Source: Gammaproteobacteria bacterium
GTDB lineage: Bacteria > Pseudomonadota > Gammaproteobacteria > Eutrophobiales > Eutrophobiaceae
Length of the DNA stretch: 64,000 nt
Assembly (NCBI GenBank): GCA_963422205.2
Contig: CAXMWX010000007.1
Coordinates: forward strand, 128,001-192,000
Reading direction: 5' to 3'
In this document: one piece after another, positions 12,562 to 23,869 of the stretch
Position numbering within the stretch: the first letter of the stretch is position 1
Layout: each line of letters starts with the position of its first letter
Made by a program: the position numbers and the translations under genes
Notes under the pieces: generated by a model
The model's database searches: none
Told to the model about the DNA's origin: nothing
Seen by the model: the letters and a program-made list of their open reading frames with translations, nothing else

Positions 12562-14886
12562 TTAATCAACAGGTGGCGGTGGTGCGGCCAGAATCTCCCG
12601 GCTGCCATTGGCTTCCAGCGGGCCGACCAGGCCGCTGGCCTCCATCTGCTCGATGATCCTGGCGGCACGGTTGTAGCCTATCTTCAGCCGTCGCTGCACA
12701 TAGGAGATCGATGCCTTGCGGGATTCCGTGACAATGCGAACCGCCTCATCGTAGCGCGCATCCGCCTCATCAGCGGCAGTTTCTATGCCGGCCACTGGCT
12801 CAGCCCCCCCCTCACCGGGGCCGCTTAATATCTCGGCCAGATAATCGGGCGCCCCTCGGCTCTTGATATTCTCCACCACCTTGTGCACCTCATGATCATC
12901 CACGAAAGCCCCGTGTATGCGCTCCGGTATGCTGGTGCCGCCAGGCAGAAACAGCATATCCCCATGCCCTAACAGATGTTCCGCCCCCATCTGATCCAGG
13001 ATGGTACGGGAGTCGACCTTGGATGAGACTTGAAAGGCAATCCGGCCCGGGATATTGGCCTTGATTAAGCCCGTGATCACATCCACCGATGGGCGTTGCG
13101 TTGCCAGGATCAGGTGAATGCCAGCCGCCCGGGCCTTCTGTGCCAGCCTGGCAATCAGCTCTTCCACCTTTTTACCGACAGTCATCATCATATCGGCCAG
13201 CTCGTCAATGATGATGACGATGAAGGGCAACTCATCGAGCAGCGGCGCCTCATCCTCGGTGCTGACTGGCTGGTGGTTCGGATCACGCACCGGCTGCTGG
13301 TTGCTCCGGCCTGCCTTGATCTTTTTGTTATACCCGGCAATGTTCCTGACGCCCAGCGCCGCCATCAACTGATACCGGCGCTCCATCTCCGCCACACACC
13401 AGCGCAGGGCATTGGCCGCCTCTTTCATATCGGTGACCACCGGTGCGAGCAAATGCGGGATCCCTTCGTAGACTGACAATTCGAGCATCTTCGGATCGAT
13501 CAGGATCAGCCGTATCTCGCGCGCCGTGGCTTTATATAACAAGCTGATGAGCATGGCGTTGATCGCCACGGATTTGCCCGCCCCCGTGGTACCGGCCACC
13601 AGCAGATGCGGCATCTTGCTCAAGTCGGTTACCATCGGCTGACCGCTGATATCCTTGCCGAGTGCCAGCACCATGCTGGAGTTCATGCGCTCGTATTCTT
13701 TTGCATTTAAGATATCGCTTAATGCCACCAACTCCCTTGACTCATTGGGGATCTCCAGCCCGATGACCGACTTGCCGGGAATAACATCCACGACCCTGAC
13801 ACTGATAACCGACAGAGAACGTGCCAGGTCTTTGGACAGATTGCTGATCTGGCTGCCTTTCACGCCAGCGGCCGGCTGCAATTCGAAACGCGTGATCACC
13901 GGCCCGGGGTTGACCGCCACCACCTCAACCTCAATGCCAAAGTCTTTCAGTTTTAATTCGACCAGGCGCGACATCGCCTCCAGCGCCTCTTTTGAATACT
14001 GGCCGGCCTTCGCCGCCGGCTCATCCAGCAGATCAAGCGGTGGCAAGGCCACCTCCGGGGGCGGGACAAACAGTTGTTCCTGCTTCTCAAGCGCTTTTCT
14101 GTCGCTGGTTTCAAACGCCTTGATCACCGGCTCTATCACGGGCGGCGGGCGGTTTTCCACTTTTTCTTTCTCTCGCTTGACCGTGATCTCGCGTGCTTTT
14201 TTCCGCCGTCGACCGACAGCCTGCTCGCGCAACTTCGCTGTCTGCAAGGCCACCCAATGAGCGAAAACCAGCGCCAGATGACCGGTACTCTCCAGCAGCC
14301 AAACCCAGGATAAGCCGGTATACAGCGTGATACCGATGAGAAACATGGCCAGCAGGATCAAGGTGCTGCCGTACCAGCCAAAATTCTCTGCCACCACCGA
14401 GCCGAAACTGTCGCCCAGAATACCGCCCGCCCCGCGCATCTCATGCGGCAACTCGGCGCCATGCCCGATATGCATCCAGGCCAATGCACAGGCACTTAAC
14501 AGGGCCAGCAGCAGGCCGACAACCCGCAGGCTCAAATCCCAGTGATGATCGGTCATCACCTCGGCACGTGAGTGAAAGATCCGCCAGCCATCAAAGCTCA
14601 AGATAACGGGCAGCAGGTAGCCCAAATAGCCGAAGATATACAGCAGAATATTGGCCAGATAAGCGCCCACCCGCCCAGCATGGTTGTGGATGGCATCGGT
14701 TGAGACGGCCTGTGACCAGCCGGGATCCGCCGGATGATAACTGAACAAGGCGATCAGCAGAAAGACCGCCATGACAGCGAAGACTATCACACTGATTTCT
14801 TTCGTGTTTTTAACAATATGCCCGGCGATGGGATGCACCAGCGGTGCTTTCTTTGAGGCCTGTGCCACAGTTAAACCTGTTTCCAT
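12562..14886 (-). CDS. ftsK: DNA translocase FtsK
   Basis: N-terminal TM domain, [27 protein letters not shown], gamma domain [13 protein letters not shown]. Confidence 0.97.
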   Translation of the reverse strand: METGLTVAQASKKAPLVHPIAGHIVKNTKEISVIVFAVMAVFLLIALFSYHPADPGWSQAVSTDAIHNHAGRVGAYLANILLYIFGYLGYLLPVILSFDGWRIFHSRAEVMTDHHWDLSLRVVGLLLALLSACALAWMHIGHGAELPHEMRGAGGILGDSFGSVVAENFGWYGSTLILLAMFLIGITLYTGLSWVWLLESTGHLALVFAHWVALQTAKLREQAVGRRRKKAREITVKREKEKVENRPPPVIEPVIKAFETSDRKALEKQEQLFVPPPEVALPPLDLLDEPAAKAGQYSKEALEAMSRLVELKLKDFGIEVEVVAVNPGPVITRFELQPAAGVKGSQISNLSKDLARSLSVISVRVVDVIPGKSVIGLEIPNESRELVALSDILNAKEYERMNSSMVLALGKDISGQPMVTDLSKMPHLLVAGTTGAGKSVAINAMLISLLYKATAREIRLILIDPKMLELSVYEGIPHLLAPVVTDMKEAANALRWCVAEMERRYQLMAALGVRNIAGYNKKIKAGRSNQQPVRDPNHQPVSTEDEAPLLDELPFIVIIIDELADMMMTVGKKVEELIARLAQKARAAGIHLILATQRPSVDVITGLIKANIPGRIAFQVSSKVDSRTILDQMGAEHLLGHGDMLFLPGGTSIPERIHGAFVDDHEVHKVVENIKSRGAPDYLAEILSGPGEGGAEPVAGIETAADEADARYDEAVRIVTESRKASISYVQRRLKIGYNRAARIIEQMEASGLVGPLEANGSREILAAPPPPVD

Positions 14887-15009
14887 AAAAATGCCTCTAT
14901 AGTAATGTTTATTAAGAAAGATTTCTATTATAAACTAAATGATAGCAGAATTGACACAGCAAGTTATCCGAGAAAGCTGCCTGGGCTGGCTGTGAAACAC
15001 ACCACAAAC

Positions 15010-15885
15010 ATGCACACCGGCAGGCAAGACCCACCATCCCGGCATATACTGGTACGCCTTGGCCTGTCGCTGCTCCTGATTATGGCCCTTAGCTGGTTGT
15101 TAATTGTCGCTTTTTTCTATTGCTTTCAGGAAAAACTGGTGTTTTACCCGGCATGCCATCTCGCACACACACCGGCAGATATTGGCCTGGCCTATCGTGA
15201 TGTGTATTTTCCCGGCCAGGATGGCGTGAGGCTGCACGGCTGGTATGTCGCCGCCCGACAGCCACAGGCACAGGCACAGGCACAGGTTCTGTTCCTGCAC
15301 GGCAATGCGGGTAATATCTCGCATCGGCTGGACACCCTGAAATTGCTCCATGATCTGCAATTAAGCAGCTTCATTATTGATTACCGCGGCTATGGCCTGA
15401 GTGAGGGGAGGCCGAGTGAGGCCGGCACCTATGCGGATGCACTGGCGGCCTGGGCGTACCTGCAAGCCCAGGGGATAGCCGCCGATGAGATCATCCTCAT
15501 GGGGCGCTCGCTCGGCGGTGCGATTGCTGCCTGGCTGGCTGCCGAGATCAGCGCCGAAGGCCCGGCGGCCTTGATACTGGACTCGACATTTACCCGCCTG
15601 GCCGATGTCGCCAGCCATCACTATGGTTTTCTGCCCAGCCGCTGGATAACACGGATGGAGTATAACACCGAGCAGCATCTGGCGGCCTTGCAGGCGCCGT
15701 TGCTGCTGCTGCACAGCTCGGATGATGAGCTCATCCCGTATGCGCTGGGCCGGCGCCTGTACGCTGCTGCCAACACAGACAAGGCCCTGATCACGCTGAG
15801 CGGCAGACATAACGAGAGTTTTATCAACAACCGCGCGCAATACGCACGGGCAATTTCGGATTTTCTGCATACCCATCTGCAATAG
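15010..15885 (+). CDS. Alpha/beta hydrolase (ABHD13/BEM46-like)
   Basis: HGNAGN, DYRGYG, GRSLGG nucleophile elbow, C-terminal His. Confidence 0.88.
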   Translation: MHTGRQDPPSRHILVRLGLSLLLIMALSWLLIVAFFYCFQEKLVFYPACHLAHTPADIGLAYRDVYFPGQDGVRLHGWYVAARQPQAQAQAQVLFLHGNAGNISHRLDTLKLLHDLQLSSFIIDYRGYGLSEGRPSEAGTYADALAAWAYLQAQGIAADEIILMGRSLGGAIAAWLAAEISAEGPAALILDSTFTRLADVASHHYGFLPSRWITRMEYNTEQHLAALQAPLLLLHSSDDELIPYALGRRLYAAANTDKALITLSGRHNESFINNRAQYARAISDFLHTHLQ

Positions 15886-15957
15886 CGGCGGGACTGTGCT
15901 GCGCCCAGGCGTCAAACTTATGCTAAAATTCAAGAATCTCTACAGGCACGCTAACCT

Positions 15958-16293
15958 ATGTCGAAAAAACCCTTATATGAAATCATGTTTCATAACCAGG
16001 GCAAGATGTATGAAATCTATGCCCGCAGTGTGCATCAGGGGGCGATGTTTGGTTTTATCGAGATTGAAAAGATCATCTTCGGCGAAACATCCTCTCTGGT
16101 GGTCGATCCATCCGAGGAGGGACTCAAATCCGAATTTGCCCACGTCACCCGCACCTACATCCCCATGCACGCCATCATCCGCATTGACGAAGTGGACAAA
16201 CAGGGAACGGCAAAAGTCACCGAGTTCGACAGTGGCGATGGGAATGTCATGCCGTTTCCAGTCTACACCCGGAACACCGAGGAGACGCATTAA
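15958..16293 (+). CDS. DUF1820 family protein
   Basis: FHNQGKMYEIYAR..FGFIEIE..VVDPSEEGLKSEF..IPMHAIIRIDEV. Confidence 0.88.
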   Translation: MSKKPLYEIMFHNQGKMYEIYARSVHQGAMFGFIEIEKIIFGETSSLVVDPSEEGLKSEFAHVTRTYIPMHAIIRIDEVDKQGTAKVTEFDSGDGNVMPFPVYTRNTEETH

Positions 16294-16308
16294 GCCGTCT
16301 TTCGCCAT

Positions 16309-17298
16309 TCAGTCGGCCAGCAGGCCGGATACATGGGCATGGACGGCGTTTGCCAGACCCGCCGGGGTATAACCACCTTCCAGAACAGAGACAATCCTGG
16401 ACTCGCTGTACTGTGCAGCCAATGCCATCACCAGCCGGGTTAATTGACGAAATCCCGCATCCGTCACCGCAAAACAGCCCAGCCGGTCTCCCGCCCGGCT
16501 GTCAAAACCGGCGGAAATCAGGATAAGCTGGGGGGCAAACCGCTCTGCCGCCGGAATCAGGTGGTGCTGAAAGGCCGCCATGATCGCCGCATCAGTGCTA
16601 CCACACCCCAGATGTACATTGATATTATACCCCCTGCCCTTGCCGCTGCCGGTGCGCTCTGGATGGCCGGTGCCAGGATACGCATACCGGTTATGGGTGG
16701 AGAAAAATAACACCCCGGGCTCCTCATAGAAGGCCAACTCGGTGCCGTTGCCATGATGATAATCCCAATCGATGATCAGAATTCTCTCCACCTGATGCAC
16801 GGCCTGGGCATAACGTGCTGCCACGGCAACCGCATTAAAATAACAAAACCCCTCTTCCCGGCCCGTGTTTAAGGCATGGTGGCCTGGCGGTCTGCTGGCA
16901 CAAAAGGCGTTACGCAACTGCCCGGCGCAGACCTTATCGGTGGCGGCAACAGCGGCGGAGACCACCCGGCTGGCCACCTGGCCGGTACGCTTGTGGTGGT
17001 GCATGATGGCATCAATATGTGATGGCGTATGCACTTTAAGGATATGCGGATAGATGGGCTGGTCAGGTTGAAAATGGTGAAGTTCATGCCAGAGTCGGTC
17101 AGCCTGCATACGCTGCGTGATCGCCAGCAGCCGTTGATATGACTCAGGATGCTGCTCATGCGTGCGGTGCATAAGAAAATCATCGGTATAAAACCAGCCC
17201 GTGCCGGGCGTAATCCGGCGGCTGGTATAGGCATTGATCAGCGGATAGCTCGCCGTCATGCCAGCCACACCACTGAGAAATTGCCGCCGATTGATCAA
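16309..17298 (-). CDS. Histone deacetylase family amidohydrolase with a putative Tat signal
   Basis: HPES, RPPGHHA, GFCYFN, DWDYHHGNGT, SAGFD, LEGGY; N-terminal NRRQFL. Confidence 0.92.
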   Translation of the reverse strand: MINRRQFLSGVAGMTASYPLINAYTSRRITPGTGWFYTDDFLMHRTHEQHPESYQRLLAITQRMQADRLWHELHHFQPDQPIYPHILKVHTPSHIDAIMHHHKRTGQVASRVVSAAVAATDKVCAGQLRNAFCASRPPGHHALNTGREEGFCYFNAVAVAARYAQAVHQVERILIIDWDYHHGNGTELAFYEEPGVLFFSTHNRYAYPGTGHPERTGSGKGRGYNINVHLGCGSTDAAIMAAFQHHLIPAAERFAPQLILISAGFDSRAGDRLGCFAVTDAGFRQLTRLVMALAAQYSESRIVSVLEGGYTPAGLANAVHAHVSGLLAD

Positions 17299-17343
17299 TT
17301 TATCGCTTTATATTTCATACAATCCCATTATATTACACCCATC

Positions 17344-17871
17344 ATGAGAGAAGCGCTGAAATCCGGCGGTGGTATCGTACTGTTGTGTTGCAGTCTCTCC
17401 AGCATGGCCGACTGGACAGTGACAGAGGGCCCCGGCGGCGGGCAGCAGATTCTGATCGCCACCACCCAGGCTGACGGCTATACGCTGGAGATCTACAAGG
17501 ATTCCGTGGCGGCCATCCGCAGCCGCTTTACGCTGCCTGCCGGGCTGTTGTCTTTTCCCCGGCGCTCCTGCCCAACATTTCAGATTGATCAAGGGGCAGC
17601 ACACAATCTTTCCGTGGATAATGCGTCCTGCCTTGCTGGCGAACAATGGGCTGAATATATTCTGGGTTATGTGAGCGATAACCGAATCGAATCATCCACC
17701 CTGCCAGGCTTGCTGTATGGTGCGGAGATCCGCTATCGGTTTCGGCTGACAAATGGCGACTACCGCGAGATCGGTTTTTCGCTGCAAGGCTCAAAACGCG
17801 CCCTGCATCAGGTCATTGGTGAACAGGTCGTGATCGCCCAACAGTCCGGTGATGCGGTTGCACAGCAGTAA
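17344..17871 (+). CDS. Hypothetical exported protein
   Basis: Signal-peptide-like N-terminus; stop codon overlaps the next start. Confidence 0.55.
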   Translation: MREALKSGGGIVLLCCSLSSMADWTVTEGPGGGQQILIATTQADGYTLEIYKDSVAAIRSRFTLPAGLLSFPRRSCPTFQIDQGAAHNLSVDNASCLAGEQWAEYILGYVSDNRIESSTLPGLLYGAEIRYRFRLTNGDYREIGFSLQGSKRALHQVIGEQVVIAQQSGDAVAQQ

Positions 17872-19022
17872 TGGCAATACGCGTTGAACAGGTCGATAAA
17901 CTCAGCCGGATCGATCGTCAACAGTGGCAACAACTGAACACCGCCAATAACCCGTTCCTGCATTACGACTTTCTGCGGGGTCTGGAAGAGCATCACTGTC
18001 TGGATGAACATGGCTGGCAGCCCTGCCATCTCACGTTTAAATCGGCCGACACATTGCTGGCCGTATTGCCCTTGTATTATCGCCATGACTCCTACGGTGA
18101 GTTCGTCTTTGATTGGTCCTGGGCAGATGCTTATGAGCGGGCGGGCGGCAGGTATTATCCGAAGCTGGTCTCCGCCATTCCATTCACGCCGGTATGCGGG
18201 CCACGCCTGTTGCTGGCTGATCACTGCCAGAGAAAGCAGGCGGTCCGCAACACCATGCTGGCGGCCATTCGGCAGATCCTGCAAGCAGGCGATCTCTCAT
18301 CCTGGCATTGCCTGTTTACAGCACCCGCTGATCAGGCCAGCTTCCGACAGCAGAATGTACCGCTACGCAAAACCATCCAGTTTCACTGGCATAACCGCAG
18401 CTTTACCAGCTTTGATGATTTTCTGAACAGCCTGACAGCCAAAAGGCGCAAACAGATAAGACGTGAACGGCGCCGGATCGACGAGCAGAATATTCACATA
18501 GAACGCTTGATGGGTGCAGATATCAGCGAGCGACAATGGGCGATCTTTTATGAATTTTATTGCGCCACGTTCTACAGGCGCTGGGGCCGGCCCCGGTTGA
18601 CCCTGGATTTTTTCAAGAGCTTGAGCGACAACCTGCCCGAACACACCCTGCTGATTCTGGCCAAGCAGCAAACCGCCTATATCGCCGGTGCGTTTTCCAT
18701 GCTGGATGATGACACGCTCTACGGCAGACACTGGGGCTGTAATCGGCAGGTGGATAATCTGCATTTCGAATTATGCTATTATCAGACCATTGAGTATTGT
18801 ATTGAGCAGGGGTTATCCCGGATGGATGCAGGTATTCAGGGAGAGCACAAGATCAAACGCGGTTTTCAACCGGTCGCCACGGTTTCCGGACACCTGATCA
18901 TGCACCCGACATTTGATCGTGCGATCAGAAATTTCCTGCGAGAAGAAGAACAGGATATCGATCGTTATCTGGCCGCCATGCAGGCGCACTCACCTTATAA
19001 AACCCAGGCTGATCAGCCATGA
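17871..19022 (+). CDS. GNAT/FemAB-like protein (DUF482)
   Basis: SYGEFVFDWSWADA, YYPKLVSAIPFTP, LYGRHWG, LHFELCYYQ, QGEHK. Confidence 0.92.
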   Translation: MAIRVEQVDKLSRIDRQQWQQLNTANNPFLHYDFLRGLEEHHCLDEHGWQPCHLTFKSADTLLAVLPLYYRHDSYGEFVFDWSWADAYERAGGRYYPKLVSAIPFTPVCGPRLLLADHCQRKQAVRNTMLAAIRQILQAGDLSSWHCLFTAPADQASFRQQNVPLRKTIQFHWHNRSFTSFDDFLNSLTAKRRKQIRRERRRIDEQNIHIERLMGADISERQWAIFYEFYCATFYRRWGRPRLTLDFFKSLSDNLPEHTLLILAKQQTAYIAGAFSMLDDDTLYGRHWGCNRQVDNLHFELCYYQTIEYCIEQGLSRMDAGIQGEHKIKRGFQPVATVSGHLIMHPTFDRAIRNFLREEEQDIDRYLAAMQAHSPYKTQADQP

Positions 19023-19738
19023 CAGCGGCGGGACAAAATTACGGCACCGATAAACAACTGTACTGGGTGAGGGAGAATATTATCGCCCACGACTTCCCCG
19101 CGGTGAGTTCGGCGCTTGATGAGCCGGATGGCCTGCTCGCTATCGGCGGCAACCTTGACAGTACACGGCTGCTTGATGCCTACAGGCGTGGCATTTTCCC
19201 CTGGTACAGCGAAGGACAGCCGGTGTTATGGTGGTCGCCCAATCCGCGCTGTGTGCTTGAACCTGATGATTTGCACATCAGCCGCAGCCTGGCCAGAACA
19301 CTCCGCAAAGGCAGATACCATACCACCTGTAATCGCGCCTTTGCTGCGGTCATCCGGGCCTGTGCTGCTCCCAGAGAAGGGAGCGCAGATACCTGGCTCA
19401 CCGAGGAGATGATCAGCGCTTATACCAAACTGCACGCATCAGGCCAGGCCGTGTCGATGGAATGCTGGCATGAGGATGCGCTGGTGGGCGGTCTGTACGG
19501 GCTTGTCATCGGTCGGGTATTCTTTGGCGAGTCCATGTTCAGCCGCATGAATGATGCCTCCAAGGTCGCCTTGGTCAGGCTGGTAGAGAAGCTGAAACAG
19601 CGCGATTTCACACTCATTGATTGTCAGGTGCATTCACAACACTTACAACGTCTGGGCGCAAAACTGCTGGCACGCAACGAATTCGTGAACCGGCTAAGGC
19701 ACGACTGTGCCATCGAGATGACTTACGATTGGCATTGA
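19019..19738 (+). CDS. aat: Leucyl/phenylalanyl-tRNA--protein transferase
   Basis: PDGLLAIGG, AYRRGIFPW, WWSPNPR, FFGESMFS, DASKVAL. Confidence 0.96.
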   Translation: MTAAGQNYGTDKQLYWVRENIIAHDFPAVSSALDEPDGLLAIGGNLDSTRLLDAYRRGIFPWYSEGQPVLWWSPNPRCVLEPDDLHISRSLARTLRKGRYHTTCNRAFAAVIRACAAPREGSADTWLTEEMISAYTKLHASGQAVSMECWHEDALVGGLYGLVIGRVFFGESMFSRMNDASKVALVRLVEKLKQRDFTLIDCQVHSQHLQRLGAKLLARNEFVNRLRHDCAIEMTYDWH

Positions 19739-19739
19739 G

Positions 19740-20477
19740 ATGAGCAACGCACAGCAACTCGGTTTTTATGCCACCCCGGCACATGAATGCAGCTACCTGC
19801 CCGACCGGGAGGCCATCACCCTGTTCGCCGACCCGCATTTTCCGAAAAACGCCCGCCTGTACTCCGCCCTGGCGGATTGCGGTTTTCGCCGCAGCGGCGA
19901 ACACCTGTACATGCCAAATTGCAGAGGCTGCCACAGTTGTATCTCGGTCAGGGTACCGGTTGATGCGTTTCGCCCATCACGTAACCAGCAGCGCACCTGG
20001 AACAGGAATCGTGATGTCACTGTCACCCCACTGCCGCCACATTACCAGCAAGCGCATTTTCTGTTATATAAAAAATACTTGGAATCTCGGCATCGTGATG
20101 GTGGCATGGATGAGACCGGGCCGGATGATTATATGAATTTTTTAACCTGCCAATGGGCCGAGACGGTTTTTTTTGAAATGCGGCTGGCAGATGAGTTGCT
20201 TGGCATTGCGGTGGCCGACATCATGGACAATGCCATGTCGGCTGTCTACACCTTCTTTGATCCCGCCTGTGAGAGGCGAAGCCCCGGACGCTTTGCCGTA
20301 TTGCATCAACTCAAGCAGGCAAAGGCAATGGGTTTAAAATGGTTATACTTGGGTTACTGGATAGCTGAATGTAAAAAAATGCGGTACAAAAACGAATACC
20401 AGCCGATGGAATATTATATCGGCGATGCTTGGCGGCGGGATGAGGACAGGCAGGGCAAGACATATAGCCCGCCGTAA
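19740..20477 (+). CDS. bpt: Arginyl/Asp-Glu leucyltransferase (Bpt/ATE family)
   Basis: HECSYLP, GFRRSG, SAVYTFFDP, YLGYWI..KMRYK. Confidence 0.9.
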   Translation: MSNAQQLGFYATPAHECSYLPDREAITLFADPHFPKNARLYSALADCGFRRSGEHLYMPNCRGCHSCISVRVPVDAFRPSRNQQRTWNRNRDVTVTPLPPHYQQAHFLLYKKYLESRHRDGGMDETGPDDYMNFLTCQWAETVFFEMRLADELLGIAVADIMDNAMSAVYTFFDPACERRSPGRFAVLHQLKQAKAMGLKWLYLGYWIAECKKMRYKNEYQPMEYYIGDAWRRDEDRQGKTYSPP

Positions 20478-20546
20478 ATTGCCCGTTTAACTGGCATCAG
20501 CGCTACTTTGGTGGCAAGATTGACCTTTTTACCCTGTGGGAGCCGG

Positions 20547-20765
20547 ATGGCAAAAGAAGATCAAATTGAGATGGAAGGGACGATTGTTGAAACCCTGCCC
20601 AATACCATGTTCAGAGTTGAACTGGACAACGGACATATCATCACCGCCCATATCTCCGGCAAGATGCGAAAAAACTATATCCGTATCTTAACGGGCGATC
20701 GCGTCACTGTCGAGATGACACCTTATGATCTGACCAAGGGTCGCATCACCTATCGCAACCGATGA
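20547..20765 (+). CDS. infA: Translation initiation factor IF-1
   Basis: [37 protein letters not shown]. Confidence 0.98.
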   Translation: MAKEDQIEMEGTIVETLPNTMFRVELDNGHIITAHISGKMRKNYIRILTGDRVTVEMTPYDLTKGRITYRNR

Positions 20766-21555
20766 CAGCGCCCGGGCCGTCCTCGGCCACCATCTGCTGG
20801 TGGCGAATCGGGCGGCCTGCCTGCATCATGCCATCATAGAGCTTGCGCGCACGTGCCAGGTCCGCTTCCGTATCAATCCCTATCGCTGCCCCGGCAGAGG
20901 CCGGGCTGACATGTATGCGATATCCGTAACTCATTGCCCGCAATTGCTCCAGCCCTTCCTGCACCTCCAGTTCGCTGGCAGCTAACCGGCAAAACCTTTG
21001 CACAAACCCAACCCGATAACCATACACACCGATATGCCGCCACGCCGTGCCATCTCCCCTCATATACGGAATAGCGGCACGGCTGAAATACAAGGCCATG
21101 CCCGCCTGATCGAAGACCACCTTGACGATATCCGGGCAGGCCCTCTCCTCTGCCACGGTGATTGCTTCACATAAGGTGGTCATAGCCGCCTCAGGGTGTG
21201 CCTGTAAATCCGCCGCCACCTGCCCTGTCAAGCTGGCTGGCAGCATAAACTCATCGCCCTGTACGTTGACGATCACCTGATTCTCACGCAAACCAAGCAG
21301 GGTGCAGGCTTCGGCTATGCGATCCGTCCCTGAACGATGGACAGCGGCTGTCATCAGCACCTCAGCATCCAGCCCCTTGGCAAGCTGTGCTATCTCAACG
21401 CTGTCAGTGGCAATCACCACCCGGGCGGCATCGCTCTGGCAGGCATGTTCATAGACATGTTGCAACAGCGGCTTGTCGCCTATCCTCAGCAAAGGCTTGC
21501 CGGGCAAACGGGTGGAGTCAAGACGAACCGGAATGATGATAATAAAATCATTCAC
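20746..21555 (-). CDS. kdsB: 3-deoxy-manno-octulosonate cytidylyltransferase
   Basis: [33 protein letters not shown]. Confidence 0.95.
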   Translation of the reverse strand: MNDFIIIIPVRLDSTRLPGKPLLRIGDKPLLQHVYEHACQSDAARVVIATDSVEIAQLAKGLDAEVLMTAAVHRSGTDRIAEACTLLGLRENQVIVNVQGDEFMLPASLTGQVAADLQAHPEAAMTTLCEAITVAEERACPDIVKVVFDQAGMALYFSRAAIPYMRGDGTAWRHIGVYGYRVGFVQRFCRLAASELEVQEGLEQLRAMSYGYRIHVSPASAGAAIGIDTEADLARARKLYDGMMQAGRPIRHQQMVAEDGPGAVIGCDR

Positions 21556-21743
21556 GGCGGGTAGTTTTCCACCTCCTCATCGTTGAGGCTGCGCGCTTCG
21601 GACTCCAGCATCACCGGAATCCCGTCACGCACCGGATAGGCCAGCCTGGCCGCCAGGGAGATAAGCTCCTGTCTGTCCTTATCGTAGATCAGCGGCGCTT
21701 TGGTGGCCGGGCAGACAAGAATATCAAGCAGTTTTTTATCCAC
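21552..21743 (-). CDS. Trm112 family protein (YcaR)
   Basis: [26 protein letters not shown]; lies between lpxK and kdsB. Confidence 0.92.
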   Translation of the reverse strand: MDKKLLDILVCPATKAPLIYDKDRQELISLAARLAYPVRDGIPVMLESEARSLNDEEVENYPP

Positions 21744-22728
21744 AAACCCTCTCCTCAAGCAAAAGTGTCAAGCGGCTGGCAAATGAAGCGGGCAGTTGTG
21801 CCTCGATTGGCACATACCAGGCATCATCCAGCACCAGCCGACGGCATTTTACGGCATCTTTTTCGGTCATGACCACCGCCTCACCCGGCTTCACAAAATC
21901 AAAATCCGCTTGTTGATAGGCGTGATGATCAGGAAACAGATGTTTTTTGACGGTCAGGCCAGCCTGCTGCAAGCTGTCGATGAACCGGTGCGGGTTGGCA
22001 ATGCCGGCAACCGCATGCACCGTCCGGCCCTGCAGGGCGGCCGGGCTGTGCGCCCGATCATCGGCCAATGACACCAGTGCCAGCGCCTTGTAACACATGC
22101 GCTTCTCATGCGCCAGCGCCCGCTCTTTGGCAACAATCATATCGCAGGTCGACAGGCGCTTGACAGATTCGCGCAGCGGCCCGGCCGGCAGGGGAAAGCC
22201 ATTGCCAAACCGTCGATCCCCATCAATCACCACAATTTCAATATCGCGGTGCAAGGCATGATGTTGCAGCCCATCATCACACAGGATGATATCGCATTGC
22301 TGATGTGTGATTAACTCCCTGGCCGCGGCGGCTCTTGCCGATGCCACCGCCACCGGGCAGGCCGTCCGCAGCACCAGCAGAACCGCCTCATCACCGACCA
22401 TGGCGGGATCACTGTCCGCTGTCACCTGCACAGGCCGGGCGGGCAGCCGCCCGCCATAGCCCCGGCAGACGATGCCCGGATGATAGCCCTGCTCACGCAG
22501 ATAACGGCTTAACCAGATAACCAGCGGGGTCTTCCCCGCCCCCCCGACGGTCAGGTTGCCAACGATGATAACCGGCACCGGCAGCCGGCTGACAGCGAGG
22601 ATACCGGTCATATACAAGGCCCGATGCAATCGTGCGATGATCTGAAAAAGCCAGCTTAACGGCAGCAACAGGCAGGCAGGCCAACGCCCCTTATACCAGA
22701 GTGAGACGAAAGCATGGTGAGTCCACAT
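21736..22728 (-). CDS. lpxK: Tetraacyldisaccharide 4'-kinase
   Basis: [38 protein letters not shown]. Confidence 0.96.
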   Translation of the reverse strand: MWTHHAFVSLWYKGRWPACLLLPLSWLFQIIARLHRALYMTGILAVSRLPVPVIIVGNLTVGGAGKTPLVIWLSRYLREQGYHPGIVCRGYGGRLPARPVQVTADSDPAMVGDEAVLLVLRTACPVAVASARAAAARELITHQQCDIILCDDGLQHHALHRDIEIVVIDGDRRFGNGFPLPAGPLRESVKRLSTCDMIVAKERALAHEKRMCYKALALVSLADDRAHSPAALQGRTVHAVAGIANPHRFIDSLQQAGLTVKKHLFPDHHAYQQADFDFVKPGEAVVMTEKDAVKCRRLVLDDAWYVPIEAQLPASFASRLTLLLEERVCG

Positions 22729-22758
22729 GCGCCTGCTCAGATCATAAATGGACAGCGA

Positions 22759-23184
22759 TCAGGACTCATCCTCATCCAAAATCCGGGTGGCAAAGGTGAT
22801 CTTCACCAGGTCCAGCTGCCGGGCGGCATCCATGACCCGGATGACGGCCTGATGGGTTGCCCCGGCATCGGCATTGATGATTACCGGGATATCCTCTCTA
22901 TCGTGCAGAGAATCCCGCAGGGCTTCCTTGATCGTCTGTAGCTGGGCATTGAGCAGGGGACGATCATTGATAAAGATGCGCTCATCGGCATCAATGGCGA
23001 TTCTGATCACGTCCGGCTTGCTGTCAACATACTCCCTGGAGGCCTCCGGCAGGGTAATATTGATCTCCGATTCATGCTCAAATGTGGTCGAGACCATGAA
23101 AAAAATCAGCAGCAGAAACACCACATCAATCAGCGGAGTGATATTCACATCCACCTCTTCTTTTTTCCCGATCTTGAAATTCAC
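22759..23184 (-). CDS. exbD: Biopolymer transport protein ExbD/TolR
   Basis: NITPLIDVVFLLLIFFMVSTTF. Confidence 0.9.
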   Translation of the reverse strand: MNFKIGKKEEVDVNITPLIDVVFLLLIFFMVSTTFEHESEINITLPEASREYVDSKPDVIRIAIDADERIFINDRPLLNAQLQTIKEALRDSLHDREDIPVIINADAGATHQAVIRVMDAARQLDLVKITFATRILDEDES

Positions 23185-23825
23185 CGTGCCGCCGCCCTGC
23201 CCTTCGTGCTGCTGGCCTGCTGTTTGTCACCGTGCATGACCTCCACCATCTTCAGCGCCTCCTGTTCCATCGCCACGACCAGCTCATCCACCCGACCACG
23301 GAAAAAACGATAAAACATCAATGAGGGAATGGCGATCGTCAGCCCGGCGGCGGTGGTGATCAGTGCCTCGGAAATCCCCTCGGCCAGAATCCCCGGATCG
23401 CCCACCCCTTCGGTGGTGATCACCGCAAACACCTTGATCATGCCGATCACCGTGCCGAGCAGACCAAGCAGCGGTGTGATAGAGGCTATCGTGCCCAAGG
23501 TGTTTAAAAATCGCTCAAGCTCATGTGCCACATGCCGACCGGCCTCCTCAATGCTTTCTTTCATGAACTCACGGGGGTGATTACGGTTCACCAGGCCAAC
23601 CGCAAGCACCCGGCCGAGAGCCGAAGTCCTTCTCAGCATCTGCATATTCTCAGCATCCAGGCCCCCGCTGTTATTCCATTTCCACACCGTGGCCACCAGA
23701 TCTTTGGGCGCAATCCGGCTGGTTCGCAATGACCAGAACCGCTCGGCAATAATTGCCAGAGAAATGACTGAACACAGTAACAAGGGCCACATCAAAAAAC
23801 CGCCCGCCTTCATTAATTCAAGCAC
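23181..23825 (-). CDS. exbB: MotA/TolQ/ExbB proton channel protein
   Basis: LGTIASITPLLGLLGTVIGMI, GISEALITTAAGL. Confidence 0.9.
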   Translation of the reverse strand: MLELMKAGGFLMWPLLLCSVISLAIIAERFWSLRTSRIAPKDLVATVWKWNNSGGLDAENMQMLRRTSALGRVLAVGLVNRNHPREFMKESIEEAGRHVAHELERFLNTLGTIASITPLLGLLGTVIGMIKVFAVITTEGVGDPGILAEGISEALITTAAGLTIAIPSLMFYRFFRGRVDELVVAMEQEALKMVEVMHGDKQQASSTKGRAAAR

Positions 23826-23869
23826 ATCGACCTCCGGTAATGATGATTGGGTTGTATCGCCGTATAAAT

